A DNA stretch of 48,781 bases, from positions 1 to 48,781 of the forward strand of contig JAUWTO010000002.1 of assembly GCA_030614685.1 (NCBI GenBank). The letters are read 5' to 3'. The notes under the pieces are model-generated. The model ran no database searches and was not told the DNA's origin. It saw nothing but the letters and a program-made list of their open reading frames with translations. Shown in pieces: positions 33,082-41,038 of the stretch. The position numbers and the translations under genes are program-made. Origin of the DNA: Candidatus Aminicenantes bacterium (GTDB taxonomy: Bacteria > Acidobacteriota > Aminicenantia > Aminicenantales > Aminicenantaceae). Position 1 is the first letter of the stretch. Each line of letters begins with the position of its first letter.

Positions 33082-34226
33082 AGCCGATCAAGACCTGCCT
33101 GATGATCGACCGGGCCTTTCTGGGCGGAGGGCAGAAGAACGTATTGGCTCTGGCAGAGGGGCTCGACCGCTCTCTCTTCGAGGTCACGGTGTGCTCGCGG
33201 CCGGACGGCCCCCTGCGCGAGGCTCTGCAGCACCGTGGTATCCCGCATCTCCCCGTACCCTTCCGGAAGCGCTTCAGCCTCCGTCTGATCTCCGATGTCC
33301 GGGCCCTCCTGCGTGAGGGGGGATTCGATATTCTGCACACCCACGGCGGGGTGGCCGGGTTCTACGGGCGCAGGGCGGCCCGTGCCTCTCGCGTCCCTGT
33401 GGTCATCCATACCTTTCATGGGATCCACTATCTTCACGCCCATGCGCGGACTCCTAAGGCGGCATTTAGCGCTCTCGACAGGAGGCTCTCCAGGCATACG
33501 GACGCGGTGATCTGTGTGTCGGATTTTGTGCGGGATCAGAGCCTCGAATACCGGCTGGTTCCGGAGAATAAGCTGGCCGTCATAAGGAATGGCATCGATT
33601 TCGATCGCGTGCTGCCGTCGGAATCCGAGGAGTTCCGGACGCAGGCGTCGCGACTGGAGCTGGACTCCGCCCGTCCCCTGATCGGAGCGGTCGCCCGGCT
33701 CGACCCTGTCAAGGGACTGTCGGTCCTGCTCAAGGCTGCCCCCCGGATCCGGAGCCAGCATCCGGGTGCCCGCTTCGTGATCGTGGGCGACGGGCCTGAG
33801 AAGGCCCACCTCGTGGCTCTGACCCGAGAACTTCAGGCTCGCGAGTACGTCCATTTCCTGGGTGAGCGAGCCGATGCTTTGTCCTGGATGGGGCGTTGTG
33901 ATGTCTTCGTACTCCCTTCGCTGCAGGAGGCCCTGCCCTATGTGATCCTGGAGGCAGCCGCCCTGGCAAAGCCAGTGGTCGCGTCCGAGGTCGGCGGCAT
34001 TCGGGAGTTGGTGAAAAACCACGAGACAGGCCTGCTGGTGCCGCCCAACGATCCCGCAGCCCTGGCGGACGCCGTGATCCGTCTGACGGAAGATCCTGAC
34101 CTGGCGCAAAGCCTAGGGAGGAAGCTCAGGTCATCTCTGTCAGAGGAGTACTCACTGTCCCGCATGCTGCAGCAAACCCAGGACCTTTACCTGCGCCTCT
34201 ACCAGCAGAAGCGAGGCCGAGTTTGA
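33078..34226 (+). CDS. Glycosyltransferase, GT-B fold (family 4-like)
   Basis: 382 aa. GTG start overlapping the upstream stop (GTGA), or ATG 33102. 'GGGQKNVLALAEGL', 'VGDGPEK', 'VFVLPSLQEALPYVILEAAALAKPVVASEVGGIRE'. Confidence 0.8.
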   Translation: MKPIKTCLMIDRAFLGGGQKNVLALAEGLDRSLFEVTVCSRPDGPLREALQHRGIPHLPVPFRKRFSLRLISDVRALLREGGFDILHTHGGVAGFYGRRAARASRVPVVIHTFHGIHYLHAHARTPKAAFSALDRRLSRHTDAVICVSDFVRDQSLEYRLVPENKLAVIRNGIDFDRVLPSESEEFRTQASRLELDSARPLIGAVARLDPVKGLSVLLKAAPRIRSQHPGARFVIVGDGPEKAHLVALTRELQAREYVHFLGERADALSWMGRCDVFVLPSLQEALPYVILEAAALAKPVVASEVGGIRELVKNHETGLLVPPNDPAALADAVIRLTEDPDLAQSLGRKLRSSLSEEYSLSRMLQQTQDLYLRLYQQKRGRV

Positions 34227-34251
34227 CAATCAAGGGGTGTGTTTTTATAAT
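34223..34251 (+). promoter_or_regulatory. Perfect-consensus sigma70 promoter inside the glycan operon
   Basis: TTGACA (34223-34228, overlapping stop TGA 34224-34226) - exactly 17 nt - TATAAT (34246-34251). Then 8 nt (caacctca, no SD) lead to ATG 34260. Confidence 0.6.
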
Positions 34252-34259
34252 CAACCTCA

Positions 34260-35372
34260 ATGGACATGCTGAAAGTCGCTCTGGTCCATGACTGGTTGAC
34301 CGGCCGCCGGGGCGGAGAGAAGGTCCTCGAGGTTTTTGCCGAACTCTACCCGGAGGCTCCCATCTACACGCTCATCCACATTCCCGGCAGCCAGCACCCA
34401 TCGCTCGAGGACAGAGAGATCCATACCAGCTTCATCCAGCGCCTCCCGTTCCTGAAAAAGCGCTACCGCTCGTATCTTCCCCTGTTCCCCATGGCCGTGG
34501 AGCTTTTCGACCTGCAGGAGTTCGATCTGATCCTCTCCACCTCCCACTGCGTGGCCAAGGGGGCCATCCCACGTCCTGATGCCCTGCACCTCAGCTATAT
34601 CCATTCTCCGATGCGCTATGCCTGGAATCAATATTTCGCCTACTTCTCCGCGGAGAGGCTGGGTTGGCTGTCGCGCCGCGTCATACCTCCTGTACTCCAC
34701 AGGCTGCGGGTCTGGGACACGGTGTCGTGTCACAGGGTCGATTCATTCGCGGCCAACTCGCAGGCCGTGGCCGCGCGGATCCGGAGATATTACGGGCGCT
34801 CCGCCGATGTCATCCATCCTCCCGTGGACACGGATTTCTTCCAGCCCGGCGGCGGACAGGAGGACTACTTCCTGATCGTATCCGCGCTGGTGCCGTACAA
34901 GCGCATCGACCTGGCCATCGAAGCCTTCCGCCGACGGGAAGAGACGCTCAAGGTCGTGGGCCGGGGCCCAGAGTTTTCCAAGCTGAAGAGGTCGGCACCC
35001 GCCAACGTCCATTTCCTCGGATCACTCGGGGATGAGGACCTGCGCTCCCTCTATCAGGGCGCCCGGGCACTCATCATGCCCGGTGAGGAGGATTTCGGGA
35101 TCAACTCCCTGGAGTCCCAGGCATGCGGTGTACCCGTCATCGCCTATGGGCGGGGAGGCGCCACGGAAACGGTGAGTGAGAGCAGGACCGGCCTGTTTTT
35201 CCCGCAGCTCACGACTTCCAGCCTCCTGGATGCGCTTGACAAATTCCGGACCATGGCCTTTAATAAGCAGGAAATCCGGGAGAATGCCGAGCGGTTTGCA
35301 CGCCCTGTTTTCCGAACCAGGATCGCGGCCTTCGTCCAGGAAAAATGGTCTGAGTTTCAGGAACAGAGATGA
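34260..35372 (+). CDS. Glycosyltransferase, GT-B fold (family 4-like)
   Basis: 370 aa. 'KVALVHDWLTGRRGGEKVLE', 'VVGRGPE', 'LIMPGEEDFGINSLESQACGVPVIAYGRGGATET'. Confidence 0.8.
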   Translation: MDMLKVALVHDWLTGRRGGEKVLEVFAELYPEAPIYTLIHIPGSQHPSLEDREIHTSFIQRLPFLKKRYRSYLPLFPMAVELFDLQEFDLILSTSHCVAKGAIPRPDALHLSYIHSPMRYAWNQYFAYFSAERLGWLSRRVIPPVLHRLRVWDTVSCHRVDSFAANSQAVAARIRRYYGRSADVIHPPVDTDFFQPGGGQEDYFLIVSALVPYKRIDLAIEAFRRREETLKVVGRGPEFSKLKRSAPANVHFLGSLGDEDLRSLYQGARALIMPGEEDFGINSLESQACGVPVIAYGRGGATETVSESRTGLFFPQLTTSSLLDALDKFRTMAFNKQEIRENAERFARPVFRTRIAAFVQEKWSEFQEQR

Positions 35373-36853
35373 TCCGAAGACAGCGCAGCGGGCTGGTAGG
35401 CATATACATACTGAGCGATGTCATCGCCATCCTGCTGGCCTATTTCTGGGCGTACGGATTCCGGTTCTACGGATACCTGCTGCCGGTCGATCCGGAAAAG
35501 GGGGTCCCCGCCCTCAAGTCCTATATTGTGCTCCTCCCGCTCTTTCTGCTGACGCACATCCTCATCTTCTACCTGCAGGGTTTCTATAAGACCCGTCTCA
35601 AGCGTACCCGCGTGGATGACTTCGTGTACATCACGCTGAATGCGGTATTCTCCGTTCTCATCGTGTTCTCCTTCCTCAACACGATGGTAGCCTATGGCCA
35701 GGGGCTCTCCTCCCTGATTCCCGAAAACTTCACCATCTCCCGCTTGTTTCTCCTCATCTATCTTATCAGTGTTATCTTTATGATCACCGTCCTGCGGCAC
35801 CAGATCTATTTTGTGATGAAGAGACGATATGCCAAGGGGTTAAATCTCAAGAATGTGCTGATCGTCGGGGCCGGTAAGATGGGGCAAGCCGTGGCCCAGA
35901 AACTGCTGGATTACAAGGACATGGGATTTATCGTAAGGGGCTTTCTGGATGACTCCCTCCCGGTCGGTGAGGAGGTTCCCGTCGATGGGGGACTGCCCGT
36001 GCTGGGGACGGTGGGAGACCTGGAGCCGGTCCTGGAAAGAGGGGATATCTCCGAAGTCTATGTGGCGCTGGATCTTTCCAATTACTCTCAGATCCTGGAG
36101 ACGCTGAAGATCGTAGATCGTTTTATCGTCAATGTCCGGCTCATCCCCGATCTGTTCCAGATGCTGACGCTCAAGGCCCGGATCGAAGACCTGGACGGAT
36201 TCCCGGTCATTAGCATAGATGAACCACCCTTGAAAGGACTCATGCTCTTCCTCAAGAGGTGTGTGGACGTGATCGTGTCGACACTGGTGCTTCTGCTCTT
36301 TTTACCTCTCTGGCTGTTCTTCTCTCTCCTGATCAAGCTGACATCCAGGGGGCCGGTTCTCTATCGACAGGAGCGGGTGGGAATGGACGGCTCGAAATTC
36401 GTGATGCTCAAGTTTCGCACCATGGTGTCAGACGCGGAGCAGAAGACCGGGCCGGTCATGTGCTCTCCCGGCGATCCCCGGATCACACCTCTGGGGCGCG
36501 TCCTGCGCATGTTAAGCCTTGATGAGATCCCCCAGCTCATCAACGTGTTAAAAGGGGAGATGAGCTTGATCGGACCTCGCCCGGAGCGGCCGGTCTTTGT
36601 GCAGGACCTCCGGGACCGGATCCCCAAGTACATGCTGCGCCATAAGGTCAAATCCGGGATCACAGGCTGGGCTCAGGTCCATGGCCTCCGCCAGGATGCC
36701 GACTTTGACAAACGCCTTGAATACGATTTTTATTACATCCAGAATTGGTCTCCGGCCCTGGATTTCAAGATTCTCTGGAAAACGCTGCGCAAGGGATTCA
36801 TCGACAGGAGCGTCTCTCTATCCGGCAAGAACAGAAATAAAAAGCCGTCCTAG
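35369..36853 (+). CDS. Polyprenyl-phosphate hexose-1-phosphate transferase (WbaP/EPS priming glycosyltransferase type)
   Basis: 494 aa. ATGA overlap with the upstream stop. N-terminal TM helices, 'NVLIVGAGKMGQAVAQKL', and a C-terminal bacterial sugar-transferase domain 'RQERVGMDGSKFVMLKFRTM', 'DEIPQLINVLKGEMSLIGPRPERP', 'GITGWAQV'. Confidence 0.85.
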   Translation: MIRRQRSGLVGIYILSDVIAILLAYFWAYGFRFYGYLLPVDPEKGVPALKSYIVLLPLFLLTHILIFYLQGFYKTRLKRTRVDDFVYITLNAVFSVLIVFSFLNTMVAYGQGLSSLIPENFTISRLFLLIYLISVIFMITVLRHQIYFVMKRRYAKGLNLKNVLIVGAGKMGQAVAQKLLDYKDMGFIVRGFLDDSLPVGEEVPVDGGLPVLGTVGDLEPVLERGDISEVYVALDLSNYSQILETLKIVDRFIVNVRLIPDLFQMLTLKARIEDLDGFPVISIDEPPLKGLMLFLKRCVDVIVSTLVLLLFLPLWLFFSLLIKLTSRGPVLYRQERVGMDGSKFVMLKFRTMVSDAEQKTGPVMCSPGDPRITPLGRVLRMLSLDEIPQLINVLKGEMSLIGPRPERPVFVQDLRDRIPKYMLRHKVKSGITGWAQVHGLRQDADFDKRLEYDFYYIQNWSPALDFKILWKTLRKGFIDRSVSLSGKNRNKKPS

Positions 36854-36870
36854 ACATCGCGAGAGGGAGT

Positions 36871-37455
36871 TCAGTCCTCTTTGCGGGACGACCGGAACCA
36901 CTCGCGGCCCCTCTGTACATATTCATACCCGGAGATGATAGTCAGGATGCCGGCGATGATATAGAACCAGAACAGGAAACCTGCCTCTTTGCCAAGCATG
37001 TTGAACAGCAGTACCAGCAGCAGTGACAAGAACTGCCAGACCGTGCTGGATTTCCCGGTCAGTGTGGGGGGAAAGGACTTTACATGGATCAGCAGATAGA
37101 GGACTATCGCGCCGCCCACGATCAACACATCCCGACCGATTACGATCGCGGTCAGCCAGAGGGGCAGCACGTTGGGGGAATTGAGGGAGGGAATGGTGAG
37201 TGTGATGTAGGCCCCGGTCATGAACACTTTGTCGCCGAAGGGATCCAGCAGGGCCCCCAGCTTGGTCTTTTGATTGAACAGGCGGGCCGAGGCCCCGTCC
37301 AGAAAATCCGTGGTGGCCGAGACCAGAAAAATGATGAAGGCCATCTGGGGACGGCCGTTGATCACGGCATAGAGGAAGACCGGCACCAGAATGACGCGGG
37401 AGAGGCTGAAGAAATTGGGAATGTTGAAGATCCGGTCAGGTCTGTTCTCGTTCAT
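36871..37455 (-). CDS. pgsA: CDP-alcohol phosphatidyltransferase (phosphatidylglycerophosphate synthase-like)
   Basis: 194 aa, multi-TM. Family motif 'DFLDGASARLFNQKTKLGALLDPFGDK' (D-x2-DG-x2-AR-x8-G-x3-D-x3-D). Confidence 0.75.
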   Translation of the reverse strand: MNENRPDRIFNIPNFFSLSRVILVPVFLYAVINGRPQMAFIIFLVSATTDFLDGASARLFNQKTKLGALLDPFGDKVFMTGAYITLTIPSLNSPNVLPLWLTAIVIGRDVLIVGGAIVLYLLIHVKSFPPTLTGKSSTVWQFLSLLLVLLFNMLGKEAGFLFWFYIIAGILTIISGYEYVQRGREWFRSSRKED

Positions 37456-37456
37456 G

Positions 37457-38782
37457 CTATTGGATCAAGGTCAAGATCAGATCGAGGTGCTGCATGGCAT
37501 CTGTGCCCGAGGCCGGCTGGTCCGGGTTGAACTTGCGCCCTCCCTGCATGGTCATCAGATCGTAGGAGATCATCATGACGATGGGGCGGTAGTAGAAGTT
37601 GTCGGAGGAGTCATCCTCGATCTGAATGCGTTCGGGCGGGATCTGCTGGATGAACCGATATCCCTGCTGTTCCAGCCGCCGGATGAGGCGGTGGAGTGTC
37701 TCCGCCATCTCCGCCCGGGTTATGATCTTCTGAGGCTGGAACGTGTGATTGGGATAGACGTCGAGCAGCCCCAGGGAGGCGATGTCCAGGATATAACGGG
37801 AGGCCCAGGACGTGGAGATATCGATGATGATGGGAGGCCTCAAGTCCGGTTTCTCCAGAATGTCCTTGAATTTCACGCCGATCAGAGCCGACATCTGCTC
37901 TTTGGTCACGGATTCCGTGGAGGGGATGGCGTGATACTGGCTGGGAAGTTCGAAGATTCCCAGCCGGTTTTTCAAGACCTCGATGCGCTGCTGTGCCGTC
38001 TCGTTGCCCGGGTCCATCACGATCAGCTGTTCATAGACCTCCATGCTGCGTGAATTGTCGCCGCTTTGATACAGGGTGTCGGCATAGGCGGCCAGGAGTT
38101 CCTTGTTCTCGGGCTCGTTGGTCACCGCCGCCTTGAAGTGTACGATGGCGCTCTCGTACAGGCCCTCGCTGGTGTAGATCTCAGCCAGGGCCCTGTGGGC
38201 TTCGTTGGACTGCGGCGTATAGTAGAGGGCCCGCAGGAAAGAGGTCTTGGCGGCCTCGTTGTCTCCGGTGGAGAAGGAGCTCCGGCCGTTCTCCATGGCT
38301 TCCTGCATCTTCCTCTGCTGGATGGTTTCATACCGCGCCCTGGCCCAGGGATGGTTCGGATCGTGTTTAAGCACCTCGCGGTATTCCGTCAAGGCCATAT
38401 CGTCCCGGCCTGTTTCCTGATAGATCTGCCCCAGCCCCAGGTGAGCCAGCGCCAGCTCCGGGTAGGCGGTGCTCGCCGCCTTGAAGTAGTTCTCGGCTCG
38501 GGTTATGTCATTGAGCACATAGTAGGCATAACCCAGGCCAGTGTAGTAGAAGGGATTGTCCTGGTCCAGTTTGGTGATCTGTTTGATGGCCTTGTCCGCG
38601 TTCCCCTGTTTGATATTGCGCCAGGCATCCTCGGCGATGAGCCTTTCATCAAGGGAAAGGCTGGAGACCTCTGCGGCCGGAAGGTTCTCGATGTACAGGT
38701 TTGGGGGCGGAGGCTGATAGGTCACACAAGAGCACAGCAGAAGCATCAGTAGGGTGGCCGGCAACCAAATCTTCTTTACCAC
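37457..38782 (-). CDS. TPR-repeat lipoprotein with C-terminal SLH (S-layer homology)-like domains
   Basis: 441 aa. GTG start 38782 (GAGGAG upstream) overlapping the hflX stop. Lipobox 'LLLCSC'. TPR array ('ALAHLGLGQIYQETGRDDMALTEYREVLKHDPNH'). SLH-like 'DISTSWASRYILDIASLGLLDVYPNHTFQPQKIITRAEMAETLHRL' plus a degenerate second copy. Confidence 0.65.
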   Translation of the reverse strand: MVKKIWLPATLLMLLLCSCVTYQPPPPNLYIENLPAAEVSSLSLDERLIAEDAWRNIKQGNADKAIKQITKLDQDNPFYYTGLGYAYYVLNDITRAENYFKAASTAYPELALAHLGLGQIYQETGRDDMALTEYREVLKHDPNHPWARARYETIQQRKMQEAMENGRSSFSTGDNEAAKTSFLRALYYTPQSNEAHRALAEIYTSEGLYESAIVHFKAAVTNEPENKELLAAYADTLYQSGDNSRSMEVYEQLIVMDPGNETAQQRIEVLKNRLGIFELPSQYHAIPSTESVTKEQMSALIGVKFKDILEKPDLRPPIIIDISTSWASRYILDIASLGLLDVYPNHTFQPQKIITRAEMAETLHRLIRRLEQQGYRFIQQIPPERIQIEDDSSDNFYYRPIVMMISYDLMTMQGGRKFNPDQPASGTDAMQHLDLILTLIQ

Positions 38783-40038
38783 GTTGTGTCTCCTCGGTGA
38801 ACATAAGGCGAAAATTTGACCATGTTGTCTGGTTCTGCCATAACTTTCAATTCACAGTATTGATTATGTTCTCTTCTTTTTAACACAATTGACCACTTGG
38901 GAAAAGATTGAATGATATTTTTCTCTGATTTAGGGATTAAGAGATAAAAGATACGCTGATCTTTGAAAAGCATATGATGCAGCTTTTTCTTGAGATCCGG
39001 GAGGCCCTCCCCGGTCCGGGCGGAGACATAGACCGAGGCCCTGTCCGGGTCCTCGTTCCTCTGCAGCAATCGGGAGCTCTCCGGCAGAAGATCGACCTTG
39101 TTGCAGACCCGGAGCGTGGGAATGTTTCGGGCATCCAGCTCGGACAGGATGGCCTCTACGGCCTCTATCTGCCGCTGGCAGTGGGGGGAGGTGATGTCGA
39201 TTACATGGCACAGGCTGTCCGCCTCGCCGGCTTCTTCGAACGTGGCCCGGAAGGCTGTCTTCAGCTCTTTGGGGAGCTTCTTGATCAGTCCCACCGTGTC
39301 GCTCAAGAGGCAGTAGGTCCCGTCGCTGAAGCTCACGCGGCGGACCACTGGGTCCAGTGTGGCGAACAGCTGCTTGGAAGTCAGCATGTCTTCCTGCGCC
39401 AGCTGGTTGAACAGAGAGGATTTCCCGGCATTGGTGTAGCCTACCAGGGAAACCAAGGGGATGGGGCTGCTTTTCCTGCCCTTCCGCTGTTGCGCCCTGC
39501 GTTTGCGGATGCGGCGCAGAGATGTCTTGATGTGCGTGAGACGCTCCTGGATCCGGCGGCGGTCTTCTTCCAGCTTTTTCTCCCCGGGTCCGCGCGTGCC
39601 GATCCCTCCTCCCAGGCGCGAGAGTGCCGTGCCCTTACCCGTGAGGCGGGGGAGGAGGTAGTGAAGTTGGGCCAGCTCGACCTGGAGCTTGCCCTCCCTG
39701 CTCCGGGCCCGCTGGGCGAAGATGTCCAGGATGATCTGTGTCCTGTCAATGATCTTGGAGCGCAGCCGGTCCTCCAGGCTGCGCTGCTGGAGTGGGGAGA
39801 GGATGTGATCGAAGACTACCATGTCCGCCTGCTGTTCCTGGAGCAGTTTTTTCAGCTCGGTCACCTTGCCCTCACCGATATAGTACTTGGGGCTGATCTT
39901 GCTGCGCTGTTGGAAAATCTCCTGTCTGACCTCGGCCCCCGCCGATTCCACCAGGCCGCGCAGCTCCTGCATGGACTCCTCGGCCGCGAACTTCGAAATC
40001 CGGTCCGTGGACAGGTGGACGAGCAGGGCTTTTTCCAT
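38776..40038 (-). CDS. hflX: GTPase HflX
   Basis: 420 aa. HflX N-domain 'PKYYIGEGKVTEL'. G1 'GYTNAGKSSLFNQL', G3 'DTVGLI', G4 'NKVD'. ATG immediately follows the miaA stop (TAAATG). Confidence 0.9.
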   Translation of the reverse strand: MEKALLVHLSTDRISKFAAEESMQELRGLVESAGAEVRQEIFQQRSKISPKYYIGEGKVTELKKLLQEQQADMVVFDHILSPLQQRSLEDRLRSKIIDRTQIILDIFAQRARSREGKLQVELAQLHYLLPRLTGKGTALSRLGGGIGTRGPGEKKLEEDRRRIQERLTHIKTSLRRIRKRRAQQRKGRKSSPIPLVSLVGYTNAGKSSLFNQLAQEDMLTSKQLFATLDPVVRRVSFSDGTYCLLSDTVGLIKKLPKELKTAFRATFEEAGEADSLCHVIDITSPHCQRQIEAVEAILSELDARNIPTLRVCNKVDLLPESSRLLQRNEDPDRASVYVSARTGEGLPDLKKKLHHMLFKDQRIFYLLIPKSEKNIIQSFPKWSIVLKRREHNQYCELKVMAEPDNMVKFSPYVHRGDTTW

Positions 40039-40962
40039 TTATCTCAAGGAAAGGCGTATGTGTTTTTCGATATTGTCGAGTTCTTCCGGAGAGAACCAGC
40101 GGATGCCTTCCATCTTCCGGAACCAGGTCATCTGACGCTTGGCGTAATGGCGGGTGTCCTGCTGGGTTTGCGAGATGGCCTCCTCTTGAGAGATCTCCTG
40201 ACGCAGGTGCCTGAGGACCTGCTTGTAGCCCAGCGCACGGAAGGGCGGTGCATCCTCTCCGACCCCGACGGCCAGCAGTTTCCGGACCTCGTCGATCAGA
40301 CCTGCGGCAAACATGCGCTCGACACGCTGGTTGATGCGGGCGTACAGGTCCTGCCGCTCCCTATGCAGGCCGATCCTGATCAGGTTGCAGTCGGCCACAT
40401 AGGAGCGTGTCCGGGGAAAATGCGAGGACAGGGGCTGGCCGGTCGCCTGATAGACTTCCAAAGCCCGGATTATGCGGATGCGGTCCCTGGGACCGATCTT
40501 GTCGGCGTAGACAGGGTCGACCTGCGCCAGCCTCTCCCAGAGTGGTTCGAGACCGTGGGCCCCGGCCTCCTGTTCCAGACCCCGACGGATGTCCGGATCG
40601 TGCCGTCCCTCCGGGAACAGACCATCGATCAAGGCCTTCAGGTAGAGGCCGGTTCCCCCGGTGATCATGGGCAGGCGGCCCCGATCCCATATGCCGGACG
40701 CTGCTTCCAGGGCCGTGTGCACAAAATCCGCCGCAGTGAACTGGATCTCGGGGTCCACGATGTCCAGCAGGTGATGGGGGACATTCTTTTTCTGGTCCTG
40801 CGAAACCTTATCCGTGCCGATGTCGAAGCTGCGGTAAACCTGCATGGAGTCGCAGTTTATGACCTCGCCCTGGAAGAGCTGCGCCAGCCGGATGGAGGCC
40901 CGGCTCTTCCCGACCCCCGTTGGGCCCAGGATGATGATGAGATTTTTGCTTTTAGGTTCCAA
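40039..40962 (-). CDS. miaA: tRNA dimethylallyltransferase
   Basis: 307 aa. TTG start with no SD and no in-frame ATG before the P-loop 'IIILGPTGVGKS'. 'EVINCDSMQVYRSFDIGTDK', 'GGTGLYLKAL', 'YAKRQMTWFR'. Confidence 0.9.
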   Translation of the reverse strand: MEPKSKNLIIILGPTGVGKSRASIRLAQLFQGEVINCDSMQVYRSFDIGTDKVSQDQKKNVPHHLLDIVDPEIQFTAADFVHTALEAASGIWDRGRLPMITGGTGLYLKALIDGLFPEGRHDPDIRRGLEQEAGAHGLEPLWERLAQVDPVYADKIGPRDRIRIIRALEVYQATGQPLSSHFPRTRSYVADCNLIRIGLHRERQDLYARINQRVERMFAAGLIDEVRKLLAVGVGEDAPPFRALGYKQVLRHLRQEISQEEAISQTQQDTRHYAKRQMTWFRKMEGIRWFSPEELDNIEKHIRLSLR

Positions 40963-41038
40963 TTTGAATCAAAAAAAGTAAGGCTAGAAGTGTGACGAAC
41001 AGAAGAAGTCCGAGGATCTGTTTACGCTTCAGTTCCAT
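40952..41038 (-). CDS. Candidate small ORF: 28-aa single-pass membrane peptide MELKRKQILGLLLFVTLLALLFLIQIGT
   Basis: Hand-translated; it is below the ORF-track length cutoff. ATG 41038-41036 lies inside the last codons of the DUF4388 gene (stop 41031-41029). TAA 40954-40952 lies 8 nt past the miaA TTG. Basic N-terminus followed by a ~20-residue hydrophobic helix. It fills the whole 66-nt gap. Confidence 0.35.
   Translation of the reverse strand: MELKRKQILGLLLFVTLLALLFLIQIGT

Noticed and set aside
32976-34109. 377-aa minus-strand ORF; similar long antisense ORFs at 619-1512, 7759-8967, 13986-15011, 16880-17923, 42144-43202, 46830-47708
   Set aside because: Each overlaps a sense-strand gene with strong family motifs, a signal peptide or an RBS. 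None has recognisable motifs. All show the Arg/Gly/His/Val/Asp bias typical of high-GC antisense frames.
38974-40995. 673-aa ORF on the plus strand
   Set aside because: It is antisense to hflX and miaA, both with clear P-loop/GTPase motifs. It has no recognisable domains, start context or SD.
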